Assembly (NCBI RefSeq): GCF_021869535.1
Contig: NW_026262734.1
Coordinates: 23,746,001 to 23,810,000, forward strand
Length of the DNA: 64,000 nucleotides
Source of the DNA: Mytilus californianus
Lineage: Eukaryota
Reading direction: 5' to 3'
The position numbers and the translations under genes were made by a program. Each line of letters starts with the position of its first letter. Within the stretch, counting starts at the first letter, position 1. The notes beneath the pieces are model-generated. The model was not told where the DNA came from. It did not search any database and saw only the letters and a list, made by a program, of their open reading frames with translations. Below, piece after piece: positions 54,001 to 63,858 of this stretch.

Positions 54001-56278
54001 ACAGTATCTGGACCAATCCTTATTTTTGAGAGCAGACCCTAACTTTTTTTTGCATTTAAAATTCAGCAAATTATATTTCTCTGGTATTGTTCTCAACAGC
54101 AGTGTTCTTTTTGTTCAACCACTACTTTAATGTCAAATCATCAACAAGTATTGTGTAAAACTAAGTGAAAATATATCTGTCTGACAAAAACCAGATCCAA
54201 TTTCGGAACTGAATAAGGCCATTTCTGGGTTTGCCAATCAGATTTTGATAAAAGTTTAGCTGACCTACTGACCAGTTTTTTTAGGCGGGTGACGATAAAT
54301 GCACACAATAATTTTTTTTGTCCAATCATGGATCATTGGGGTCATTTGCAAAAAACTCAAAAGGTACCAGATAAACAAATGTGTGATAGAGATCATCAGT
54401 TTCACAGTATGGGTCTATTTTGTGTTGGCATGCTCATATATTTTGTAGTCTTTGAGATTGTACACATGATGAAAAATTGTTGAAACCCAGTTAAAAACAG
54501 CACACAAACAATGAGGCTTAGTGTGAACTCTTACAGATAAAATGTCAAAGATATTACTTTAGTCAGCCAAAATTTTCCTTCAATTAATTTTTTTTTTGTT
54601 TTACTTCCTTTATCATTAAATTTGTCTTTATTTATTACAGGCATCTCTAATAATGTTTGAGTTGGCGTGGAAAATGTCAAAAGATACAAATGATTTAGTA
54701 TGGTAAGATTTTTGATTAAATTTTATAAAAAAGTTCTTTACAGTCTGAGCTTTTTATAGCAATAGTGTTTAATGAATGGTATATTGGAGTTCATTTCTTA
54801 ATCATTGCATGACTTTAATATGGAAATTCAGAAAATAATAGGTTATTAAGACCATGTAAAATGTCTTATTAGCTTTTCAATATATGTTTTGCTTTTTGAA
54901 AAAGAAATGCAGTTCTTATTCTTTTCCACACAAAATCATATATATCTTATATAAAGAAAAGTTAAAACAAACCAGCAAGAATAGTTTCAACTTCACTGTT
55001 TGATAATTGCAATGTTCCATGATCAGAAATTATTCTCCGATTTGTTTCTTTACAGGTTGGCTGTTGTAGGAGTAACAGATCAATATATACATTTTAAAAC
55101 CCCCAGGGATAAATATATTGATGATGCAATGGCTCTAGAGTCACATGTTGCTAGACATAATCACAGGTTAATCTTTATAATATATGTACTCTAGATTGAC
55201 AATGTATGAGACAGACTAGAAGTTATAAAAAGTATCAGACAGACAGACAGACAATACTTCTGTATAGGAAAAAGCAAGTAGAAATACCTAGGATTTTATT
55301 GAGTTCAAATAACACTACACTTTGTAACATGTATCAAGATTTTTGATAGTGTCAGATTACATCACTGATAGGATTATGCACTTTGAATTGAGCATTTAAA
55401 TATTCTGGTTGCACTATTTACATGGATCTGGATTTTTTTCTTCAAAAGTGTGAGTTTTTACACTACCTAATTTTGTGGTTTCAAGTCATTTGCATCATAT
55501 TTCACCTTGTGAGTGCCCAAAATACCTGTATAAATTGGACCATAACAACTCGGCCTGTCACAAAACAGAGACGGTCCTATAATGCAAAACTTTTTCTGTC
55601 AGAACAGTTGTAGAGAATTTATATTTTGATGTTTGTACCAATAAAATCCATGGAGATGAAGAAAAGGAGATTTGGGGGTATACATCCATGAAATAGTAAA
55701 CCAAGGACAAAAATAACCAAAAGACATCTTCAGCGCAACTTCCAGTCTCAAACAATAGATTGGTGTCTGTACAATATGTAAAGCTCCAAATTGTCTGAAG
55801 CCTATAAAAGTGGTGAAAAAATTAAACTGAAACTATTAAAAATCTGCTATGCACTCCTAAAGTGTGTATTGCACATATAATTATATTTACCGGTACGCAG
55901 TAATTCAAATCATCTGGCAATTCAATACTGTAATTTTTTTTATTTTTACTAAATCTATCCTGTCTCATTATTCGCAATAATGAAAATATTGCAAAAATTT
56001 CTGAATTTACAATATTTAGATTTGTAATGTTCTGTACCTTAATTACGATATCAACTGATATTCTTAATAAATTTCTTTCTTTTCAGAGGAGATGATGAAG
56101 ATAATATCATATCTATAAACTGTTTAAAAATAGTGTTTGATGAAGAATTACAATTAACATTATACAGACATTGGTCATTGTTTGACAGTATATGTCATTC
56201 TGTCAACTTGGCTTGTAAATTCAAAGTTTGGACATTAAAGGGACAGAAAAGATTACATGAATTTTTAGCAGAAATGGG
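36020..56278 (+). CDS. CDC45: Cell division control protein 45 (CMG helicase subunit), exons 1-10, about 315 aa; remaining exons not found in window
   Basis: Exons 36020-36070, 46473-46532, 47826-47918, 48612-48706, 51264-51378, 53468-53583, 53852-53900, 54641-54702, 55056-55166, 56087-56278; GT-AG, phases consistent. Motifs: VAFDVDALCACKIL, FINCGAS, ICDSHRP (DHH-like), MFELAW, VGVTDQ, LYRHWSLFDS, GQKRLHEFLAEMG. Confidence 0.97.
37337..39772 (+). mobile_element. Helentron-like element with about 167-bp internal repeats, interrupted by insertions
   Basis: Sub-TIRs TGTCTCGC (37344) / GCGAGACA (39761), 3' hairpin, GCC microsatellite, repeats at about 39135, 39302, 39470. Confidence 0.7.
38371..39028. 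mobile_element. MITE with 5-bp TSD (hAT5-like)
   Basis: 21-bp TIR CAGTCAGAGCTCAGACATAAA (1 mismatch); TACAA on both sides; many subterminal TAAGTC/GACTTA. Confidence 0.88.
40517..40716. repeat. 73-bp tandem repeat, about 2.7 copies
   Basis: GACGCTTGATCAAGTGTGCGCTTTATTAAATACG at 40537, 40610, 40683. Confidence 0.93.
41389..43863 (+). mobile_element. Helentron-like element with internal satellite array
   Basis: Sub-TIRs TACGACCGCA / TGCGGTCGTA, terminal hairpin, GACGACG microsatellite at about 43755-43812. Confidence 0.8.
41616..43132 (+). repeat. Satellite of 125-137 bp units, 12 units, A-B-C higher-order structure
   Basis: Unit starts at 41616, 41743, 41880, 42016, 42141, 42277, 42394, 42519, 42646, 42783, 42920, 43045. 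Confidence 0.93.
44322..44462. repeat. Long palindrome with arms of about 64 bp
   Basis: TAAATAACACAT...GACATTGTCAAC, loop CTTGGCTTCGCCTCA, GTTGACAATG...ATGTGTTATTTA. Confidence 0.92.
45001..46044 (-). mobile_element. pearl/Helentron-like non-autonomous element (reverse orientation)
   Basis: Hairpin AGCTCACCTGGCCCGAAGGGCCAAGTGAGCT, GTC microsatellite, two internal repeats, ends GGTGAGCGACACAGGCTCTTGAGAGCCTCTAGTT. Confidence 0.85.
46473..46532 (+). CDS. CDC45: CDC45 exon 2 (RVLVLVAFDVDALCACKILQ)
   Basis: 60 nt, AG/GTAGGA flanks. Confidence 0.97.
46519..46818 (+). repeat. 50-bp x6 tandem repeat spanning the CDC45 exon 2 donor
   Basis: Unit GTAAAATACTTCAG|GTAGGATATCATTTAATACACAGTTATTGTTTGTTT. 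Confidence 0.97.
47826..47918 (+). CDS. CDC45: CDC45 exon 3 (YLFQCDQILYTIVPVTGKEELEKAYVENSEG)
   Basis: 93 nt, AG/GTAGGT flanks. Confidence 0.96.
47956..48095 (+). mobile_element. tRNA-derived SINE (Meta-domain-like core)
   Basis: A-box-like TGGT..GTGG, B-box GTTCGAACC, then ACCAAAGACT...GGTATTTGCTG...GCTAAGCAC; reverse core at about 19433-19488. Confidence 0.65.
48612..48706 (+). CDS. CDC45: CDC45 exon 4 (VKHVIFINCGASVDVVETLQPEESVRFYICD)
   Basis: 95 nt, AG/GTAAGA flanks. Confidence 0.96.
48660..48971 (+). repeat. 78-bp x4 tandem repeat spanning the CDC45 exon 4 donor
   Basis: Units at 48660, 48738, 48816, 48894, each containing ...TGTGATAG|GTAAGA. Confidence 0.97.
49060..49651. repeat. 37-bp x16 minisatellite
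   Basis: GACAATCCTGTAATGTTTACATGGTTAAGTGTTCCAT, near-identical copies. Confidence 0.98.
50107..51318 (+). repeat. About 71-bp x17 tandem repeat spanning the CDC45 exon 5 acceptor
   Basis: Unit GTATTATATTTTAG|CCACAGACCAGTAGATGTACACAATGTATTTAATGCAGTACAAGTCAAGCTGTTAAT. Confidence 0.96.
51264..51378 (+). CDS. CDC45: CDC45 exon 5 (S/HRPVDVHNVFNAVQVKLLMKEEEFDELPEYDSLFRDDD)
   Basis: 115 nt; its 5' part is the last unit of the 71-bp array. Confidence 0.93.
51392..52844. mobile_element. TIR element with 5-bp TSD (hAT5-like)
   Basis: TIR CAGTGTTTTTCCTGCC / GGTAGGAACATCACTG (13/16); GTTAT on both sides; subterminal TTCCC repeats. Confidence 0.75.
53126..53386. repeat. About 55-bp x5 degenerate tandem repeat
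   Basis: ATGGAGTAAAATACACCTTGAGTTTCAA...ATGCTCAATAA units. Confidence 0.85.
53468..53583 (+). CDS. CDC45: CDC45 exon 6 (SDDDSGNDSDSSERSGKRKRF...KRIWNEN)
   Basis: 116 nt, acidic loop followed by an NLS-like KRKR. Confidence 0.94.
53852..53900 (+). CDS. CDC45: CDC45 exon 7 (R/QKILFEYNQFSTYGTA)
   Basis: 49 nt, AG/GTAAGT flanks. Confidence 0.94.
54641..54702 (+). CDS. CDC45: CDC45 exon 8 (ASLIMFELAWKMSKDTNDLV/W)
   Basis: 62 nt, AG/GTAAGA flanks. Confidence 0.95.
55056..55166 (+). CDS. CDC45: CDC45 exon 9 (LAVVGVTDQYIHFK...HVARHNH/R)
   Basis: 111 nt, AG/GT flanks. Confidence 0.95.
56087..56278 (+). CDS. CDC45: CDC45 exon 10 (GDDEDNIISINCL...KRLHEFLAEM/G)
   Basis: 192 nt, AG/GTGAGT flanks. Confidence 0.96.
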
Positions 56279-57086
56279 GTGAGTGTTATTTCCTGTGAAA
56301 ATTATTATCAATCCTGAATATTAAACCTGATCAGTGTCAGAATCTCCATAATATTCAAATCCATGAAAAAATCCACAATTTTTATGCCCTACACATTTTG
56401 GCCATCATGACCAACATTTTGTAATAAAAGATTGAGAACTATGGCTATGTTTTTATGTCAAGATTTATATTTCAGGAAGAGCTGATATTCTTTTAAAAAC
56501 AAAATTAGCATGTCCACATTTCTATTAATGGGGAGATAATCCATTTTATAATCTTTCTCCTTAGAACTGCAGTGCTGAATAAATTATAGGTCTGTACATC
56601 AAGTAACAATCATATGAATAGATATGGGTTTTAAAATCTAAAAATAAGTCACAATGAATGGATGAATTGGATAAGTGCTATTCCAGAAAAAAATGTATGG
56701 GGGTGTTGGACGGCAGTTGATCTTTTTTTGCATGGGTGATGGGGGGAGGAGGAATTAAAATTGTGTGGGTAGTTGTTCTCTTACACAACTTAATTAGATG
56801 GGTGGTTGTACCTAAAGAGAAGAAAATATCTTTTTCAGTTGATAGAACCTTCAAATATCGATGGAAAACGTGTTTTAATCGGCGATTTTGTTTACTTTTT
56901 GCGCATATTAAATCCTTTGGTTAATGCCCGAGCGTTTCGAATGGAACTGTATATGCATATCGGTGTTCCTAAAAGGGAGAGAGTTACAAAGTGTCAGAGT
57001 AGTAACTGGTTCCCGGATTTCTTTTTTAACTGTTTTCCCTAATGTGACATGTTCAGTTACCGGATTGTTTACCGCATGGAAACAGC

Positions 57087-57168
57087 ATGGCTGGACAGTG
57101 GGATGTTATCGCTGTTTGTTCCTGGCTCCAATCCAATGGATTGGGGAAATTTGCGGACTTTTTTACAG
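57087..57168 (+). CDS. SAM-VTD gene exon 1 (N-terminal half of SAM)
   Basis: ATG at 57087, WxxxxVxxWL motif, phase-1 GTAATA donor. Confidence 0.8.
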
Positions 57169-60100
57169 GTAATATTTGTTCATTAAAGGAGATGGTGTTG
57201 TGAAAATTTATCCACAACTCGAAGACTGGCTCCAGAAAAGCAAAGTTTACCATGTTATTAACGAAATAAATGCAAAAAACAAAAAGTCAGTATGTTTTAC
57301 TGACAATCGAAATTAAACAGATAAATGAGTGTATATTCGAAAGGAAGTTACAGAGTCCCAATACAAACAATAAAATGATTTTAATTAGGGTTATTAAAAA
57401 AAAAATTTCATACGAGAAAAGGCTGTTTTGTTGGCATCTTGATTCTTGATTGATTTTTATTTTATCATTATATATATATAATAAAAACACAGAAATGACA
57501 AAAATAAACATAATATAACCACAAGAGTATTTTTTTATCAGTATTGTGTGAAATATGCTCCAGAACTTGATTAGTACAGTGAAATGTTTTGTCAGAAGGT
57601 AATATAATTATTTGTTTGCCTTTGGCATAGTTTGATTGTTATTATTCTGAGTATACATGAGGGTCGTAATGGGGGTACCTTCATGACCAATAACGGTAAA
57701 AATTCTTAACAAATGACGTTAACGGTAATTTTTGGTACATGACGATAAAATGTACACTTTCTTTTAAACGATAAAAAAAATCAACTGATTTTGACGAATC
57801 ACGTTAAATTTTTTCCAAAAATAACGGTAACGATAATTATTTGAGACCTCTGACGAATCACGATAAGGATATTTTGACAAATCACGGTAAAATTTTAACC
57901 AATATGACGCTAACGGTAGCCAAAAATGACTGTTTGACGCCTGACGGTAAATGGCATTCCTACCCTCATACATGGGTAAATTAATTATAACCAAAAAATT
58001 ACTTTTATGTACACATGTAGTAAAATAGATAAGTCACAGTAGTTTTTCAAAGTTGCAAGCAGATTCTATTGAACTTTGTAGGAAATCAATGTCGGATATA
58101 AATTGCCAGTATTATTTGTAAGTAGTAGAACTTATGAACCTACACATGCTTTTGGTGGATGGATATTTTATCATACTTAATAACTTATAGCTAGCTTGCT
58201 GTGTAAAAGCACTATATAATCAATAATTTTAATGCACATTTACTTGTTTTCATGCTGTTTATTCATTTCACTTTTTCTGTTATTTTCAACATATATTTAT
58301 AAACAAATTGCCTAATGTGATAAAGATATTTGATGCAGTTTACATGTACATGAAATTATCACAAATTAATTCTACCACAAAATTTTTAGATGTTGATGGA
58401 ATTTGTATACGGTAATCATTTTTAACTTTCATACCCTGCTATATATCCATATATCTATCACATATATTATTCTTGTGCTTCTGTAATCATTCTACAGGCA
58501 TGGATTTAGAGGTTGGCATATGTCTTGCCCTTTCCCCACTAAAAATGAGAGGATTTTTTTTAACACAGTAAACATTTAAGCATTGTTACCCTAGACAATG
58601 AATGAAAAAAATGCACCTACTAAAACCAAAGTCCTGGATCTGTGTCTGCTTTAATTTGTATTTCTCAAAGTTTCCTTTGATTGTTATTCTTTTAAAGGTG
58701 ATTATTGATAACAAATTATGAAAGGTATTTCACACCAAAACCAGCACTTTAATATAAAAAAGTACTTCAATAGATAATTAACATACCGGGTAGATACTAT
58801 TTACTAATATTCAATCTTAACTCTTTGTCAGGTAAGTGATTCAGTTCTAGTAGAGGTTAGCCTAGAACTGAATAAATGCTTTTAAGACTAACCTCAGACT
58901 TTTCGAGATAGAATGAATAGTTACAAACAAAATGTATATATAGTGGTCACATAATACCTAAGAAATGGAATCAGATATAAAACTTTTGTCAGAAACTACA
59001 GAGACAATTTGAATAAAACTAGAGGAGTGGTCCATGATTGTCATTTACTACAATTGTAACTCTCAATTTTTTAAATGACTGTTTTATACTCTGATTGGCT
59101 GTCCGACACTTTTTGTATGTCGTGGTCACTTTTGCCATCTGTAGACATTTGGTTTTTATTAGCCTAAATTATTGTATATCATTGTCCGTCCATCCGTCAT
59201 CACCACTTCGAACAAAAACCCAAAACAACTTTCACCTATTTTCATGTTTCAATAAATCATCATATCCTATCCCAGCACCCCAACTCCATAGATCACTACG
59301 TGTTTGGAACATCTACTTAGACCAATCAGAATAAACTTTTTTTATTTAGGAGTATTTTGAGGGGCATAAAGAAGGGAGGGGTTTACTAAAGAACCCTATG
59401 GGATTTTATTTTTTTTAATTTTCAAATAACTATAAACGTGAAAACCGTAGGTAATAGATGCACTCGGTCTTCAGTAATGATCACTAGACAATAAAACAAA
59501 TCAAATAAAATGAAGGGTAAGTCCCTGGGGGTCACCACCACCCCCTTCAATTTGAGAATGTGCTTTTATCTTGCAAAAGGTCCAGATTCCCACCCCTAAA
59601 CCATATATATTCTTGTATGGGACAATAAAACAAATCAAATGAAATATAGAGGGAGTTCCCAGTGTCGCCCCCACCCCCGTCCTGTTTGAGAATGTGTAAA
59701 CGGTTTAGATCCCCACCCCTAAACCATATATATTCTTGTATGGGACATTAAAACAAATCAAATGAAATATAGAGGGAGTCTTCGGGGTCACCCCCATCCC
59801 CATCCTGTTTGAGAACGTGTAAACGGTTTAGATCCCCACCCCTAAACCATATATATTCTTGTATGGGACAATAAAACAAATCAAATGAAATATAGGGGTA
59901 GTCTCTTGGGATCACCCCCACCCCCTTCTGTTTGAGAACTTGAAAATGATCGAGATCCACACCCCTAAACCATATATATTCTCGTATGGGACAATAACAC
60001 AAATCAAATGAAATATATGGGGAGTCCCCAGGGGTCATCCCCACCCCTCCTGTTTGAGAAAACAAAACATGTTAGAAAACACAATCATTTCAAATTTTCA

Positions 60101-63100
60101 TTGACATCAAATCCTTTATAAGCAAGTGAGATGTGACAGCTAAAATGGAAAAAAATTATAGGGGTAGTACCAAGGGTTTTATAATTACAAGGCTTTGATT
60201 GGGAGACTTTGTAACAGCATCCTGTTACTATTATGTATTTTTTTAAATGAAATTTCATAGAAATGTGCCTTGTATGGTAAATATTCAACTTTGTCATTTG
60301 CTATTCATGTTAAGTTGGATTGAATGATAGTTAGGAGGGGGTTTAATGTATAATCACAGTAAGTATTTGTTTTACAAGACCATTTTTTTTTTATAATTTC
60401 AGAAGAAGAAATAGATGGTAATGCTTTATTGGGCCTAAACGAAGATGAGGTGTTACAGATTTTCCCAAAAATGGGACCAAGGGCAAAATTTAGGACCCTC
60501 CTTCATCAGTTAAAGGTATGAACATAACGCCAGATCCTTTTATATTTAACATGTTTTATTATTATCAAAGGACATCTATGTTTTTATGCCCCACCTACGA
60601 TAGTAGAGGGCCATTATGTTTTCTGGTCTGTGCATCCATTCGTTTGTCTGTTCGTTCGTCCGTCTGTCCCGTGTCAGGCAAAAGTTTTTGGTCAAGATAG
60701 TTTTTGATGAAGTTGAAGTCCAATCAACTTGAAACTCAGTACACATGTTCCCTATGATATGATCTTTCTAATTTTAATGCCAAATTAGAGTTTTGACCCC
60801 AATTTCACGGTCCACTGAACATAGAAAATGATAGTGTGAGTGGGGCATCCATGTACTTTGGACACATTCTTGTTTACATATGTGAATGTTTGGCATGATT
60901 TTGGTTTCCTTTTCTTATTTCAAATCATGTCGTGCTTTTCTTTGACAGATCAATATTTATGAAATGCATTTATCATCGGAACATATGTTGATAGATATAT
61001 GCAACATACTTCACTGAAGCTGTACTGTGACATATAATTGCTTATATTTATTACATTTGGTCTTGTTTTCTGCCATTAACCACCAAAACTGTCATCTGTA
61101 GATCCATCCTAATATCCCTTTTTTACTTGTTTTTTATGTTGAACATGTTCTTGTCTGATTTTATCCCCATCAGTGATCACACGATGTTGAAGAACCATCA
61201 ATCAATCAATTTAAAAGATAAACAATTTTTATTATGTTACAGGAAGGTGACATGAAGGAAAAAAAGCCTGAGAAGCCTGAAGAAGTCACCAAAGCATCTG
61301 TAACACTTGAGGCTGTAACTTTTGAAATACAACCAGAAAATATGGAACATGTAGAAATAAATGATCTTGAGACCAAACAACAAGATGTTAAGGTTGAACC
61401 ACAGATTGTCAACAGAAAACAGGCTATCCCAAAAGCACAGATAACAGCAAAGTTAGCACCTGGTACTCAGATGACACTTAATCATTTTCTGAAGGGAAAA
61501 ATGGATCCTAAATGTGACAGGTGTGTAACTATACCCATTGCAAATGAAGTTATAGGGGTATACAGTTTTGACCTAATGGTAACAACTTTTTGTCATTACT
61601 TTTCCTCTGTCCTCTGTTGTAATAGAAAATAAAGGGATATGGAGTAAATGTACATGGGACAAAATTGCACAAAATACATAGAGAAAATACAAATTATCAA
61701 TCAACAGGGCTTTTATTCCTGTTCTTCATCTTGACAGTCGATGTAGAGTCTTCAACAATGAACGAATCATTCATAGCCTACAACAAGGTCAAGACGGCCC
61801 CTAGCATCTTTCTACATCCATTTAATTGTTTATTTAATAGGTGAGCTTTGCAGGTTTAGATGAGTATTAGGTTTTACTGTCAACAAATATGGGCACCACG
61901 CTTTAAAAAAAACATTTAAATAGAGAAAACGCAAAGTGGCAATTTATTCAGATGTTCTGTAGCTCAAAAAACAAAAAGGAATAACCCTGTCTGTCTCTCC
62001 GTCTGTCTTACTAAGTTTAACATTGCAATATGTGGCAACAGGTGTCCTAAGTGGAAAAAGGGGGGTATCTGTTACTCTGCACACATTCTGTCTTTATTTC
62101 AATTTAGTATGATGCTTGTATTTATATACAAATGAAATAATGTTGTTTTTTTTTTCAGATATGGTGAATTGAGGCGTATTGGTTTTAAAGTTTTCGAACA
62201 AGAGTTCCTAGATTTGCAAACACCTATGAAGCGTGCATGGTATGAGTTTTGGAACAAAAAGGCTTTGGACTTCGCACATAAAAATACCAAAAGATCTTAT
62301 ATGGAAGGTTTGATAAAAAAAGCCTGGTCATATGAAGGTGGTAGACAGATTGCACTATGCAAATTTGGGAAGGAAATCGGTAAAGCTCAAAAATTAGAAA
62401 ATGATCCATTCAGTTGCTATGAGCAAGCAGCAGAACAGAAACAAAATGAAATACAGAAATTGGAGACAGAAAAGACAGAAAAAGAGCAGGAACTTTGTAG
62501 TCGAATATACAAAGGAACCATTTCTATGAATGATAAAGTTTCATTACGAAAGCATATAAAATTGATAACAGTTGATGCTGAGAAAGCTGAGAAAGATTAT
62601 TCAAAAATACTAACAAACTGGACAGCTCATGCTTATAAAGTTGAGAGACGGGGGGGAAGAAGAAAAAGAAACCTGGTAGGAAAAGGAAAGCAGAAATACA
62701 GGAGATAAAATATCTGACTGCAAAGGAGTTAAGGTCTAAGAAAAGTAAAGTTGATAACCAGTCAGCAGGCAACCAAGATAAAAGTATGGAGTCAAATGAT
62801 ATGTTTGTAGAAGACGCAGCTGAGATCACAAGTGACAACCATGATGAAGGTATGGAGTCAAATGATGTTATGTTTGTAGACGACCCAGCTGAGATAACAA
62901 AGGACAACCATGATGAAGGTATGGAGTCAAATGATGAAATGTTTGTAGAAGACCCAGCTGAGATCACAAGTGACAACCATGATGAAGGTATGGAGTCAAA
63001 TGATGTAATGTTTGTAGACGACCCAGCTGAGATAACAAAGGACAACCATGATGAAGGTATGGAGTCAAATGATGTAATGTTTGTAGACGACCCAGCTGAG

Positions 63101-63858
63101 ATCACAAGGGATAACAACAATGAAGGTATGGAGAAAAAGAATCAGGAAAAACAGAAGAAAAATCCAATGACAAAGAAAAACATGACCCTATTTATACCAC
63201 AGACATATGATACGTACCTTGGAATAAAGTTGTTATTTCCAGGAATCAGTCAGAACACAGTTGGGCTTCCCCATGGTCTATCACGAGGTTCAAATGCTTG
63301 CACTGGTTTCTGCCTAAAATTGGCTGAACATTTTTTTAATGAAAAATTTTCTCTTCACATTAAACCCGCACTTTCCGAGTATAGAAGTAGCCTGCATGAA
63401 ATAGTATCAAGGTATGAGGACAGAAACATTCAGATGATGGACACAAAATCAGCTATGACATATTTTGGATATCAGAATTCGATGAAAATTATATCAGACA
63501 CATATTGGCACCGACAACTTGGTGTAGGTGCATCTGATGACCATTAGAAATATGCAGTGCAGAATACAACAGATCGATAAACTCACAAGAAAGAGAAGCC
63601 CTTTGTATCACTGTGTCAGACAAAACATTCATCATTTTAAATAATGAGGAAGGAGATCAAGTCCTTTTTGACTCCCATGTGCATTACACTGATGATAACA
63701 TGACTCTAGAAGATACTTTAAACAGAAAAGATCTACATGGTCTGATTGCTGCAAGTGACAAAACCTCAAACATGCTTATGTATGTATTTGCTCATGTTGT
63801 AAATGAACTAAGATGTTCCACTGATACCGGATGTATGTATCACTGTCAAAAAAACTAA
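57087..63858 (+). CDS. SAM-domain protein with C-terminal tegument-like (C76/VTD) deubiquitinase-like domain; 4 exons, last exon with two frame breaks (assembly error or pseudogene)
   Basis: Exons 57087-57168, 60403-60515, 61243-61520, 62159-63858; GT-AG, junction phases 1, 0, 2. Exons 1+2 give MAGQWDVIAVCSWLQSNGLGKFADFFTEEEIDGNALLGLNEDEVLQIFPKMGPRAKFRTLLHQLK (SAM pattern). Adding one base at the G7 run (62650-62656) and one C near 63541 gives a single 724-aa frame. Confidence 0.75.
57659..57967. mobile_element. 309-bp MITE with 6-bp TSD
   Basis: Ends GAGGGTCGTAATGG / GGCATTCCTACCCTC; ATACAT on both sides; internal TAACGGTAA repeats. Confidence 0.75.
59487..60060. repeat. 123-bp tandem repeat, about 4.6 copies
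   Basis: GACAATAAAACAAATCAAAT at 59487, 59621, 59744, 59867, 59990. Confidence 0.93.
60403..60515 (+). CDS. SAM-VTD gene exon 2 (C-terminal half of SAM)
   Basis: EEIDGNALLGL...MGPRAKF motif, T-rich CAG acceptor, GTATGA donor. Confidence 0.85.
60581..60874 (-). mobile_element. pearl/Helentron-like short element
   Basis: TTTTTATGCCCC... microsatellite ...GGGGCATCCATGTACTTTGGACACATTCTTGTT; related to about 12276-12461 and 32262-32666. Confidence 0.75.
61243..61520 (+). CDS. SAM-VTD gene exon 3 (charged linker)
   Basis: 278 nt inside track ORF 61234-61632, AG/GTGTGT flanks. Confidence 0.75.
62159..63858 (+). CDS. SAM-VTD gene terminal exon (track ORFs 62169-62708, 62786-63547 and 63613-63858 joined by two -1 shifts)
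   Basis: Strong T-tract CAG acceptor; the downstream frames are open back to 62645 and 63541, overlapping the upstream frames. Confidence 0.7.
62786..63127 (+). repeat. Coding tandem repeat, 69 bp (23 aa) x5
   Basis: MESNDVMFVDDPAEITKDNHDEG units; the first unit is 22 aa. Confidence 0.97.

Noticed and set aside
58775-58837. AG...GTAAGT-flanked segment as an extra exon of the SAM gene
   Set aside because: Inserting it would interrupt the SAM domain, which is already continuous across 57168/60403.
1561-61206. Most other short track ORFs (60-130 aa, rich in F/I/L/Y)
   Set aside because: Composition is typical of AT-rich non-coding DNA, many start at non-ATG codons, and none has a recognisable domain. 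Only those overlapping the listed exons contain real coding sequence.
62645-62660. Programmed -1 ribosomal frameshifting at G GGG GGA
   Set aside because: Not a canonical slippery heptamer (Y should be A or U), no evident downstream structure, and the second break has no slippery site.
62524-63120. 198-aa minus-strand ORF
   Set aside because: It is the antisense shadow of the 69-bp coding repeat; the plus frame is continuous with the spliced gene.
63522-63572. A mini-intron to bypass the second frame break
   Set aside because: The phase-compatible GT-AG pairs I found span only about 35-41 nt and lack a pyrimidine tract.
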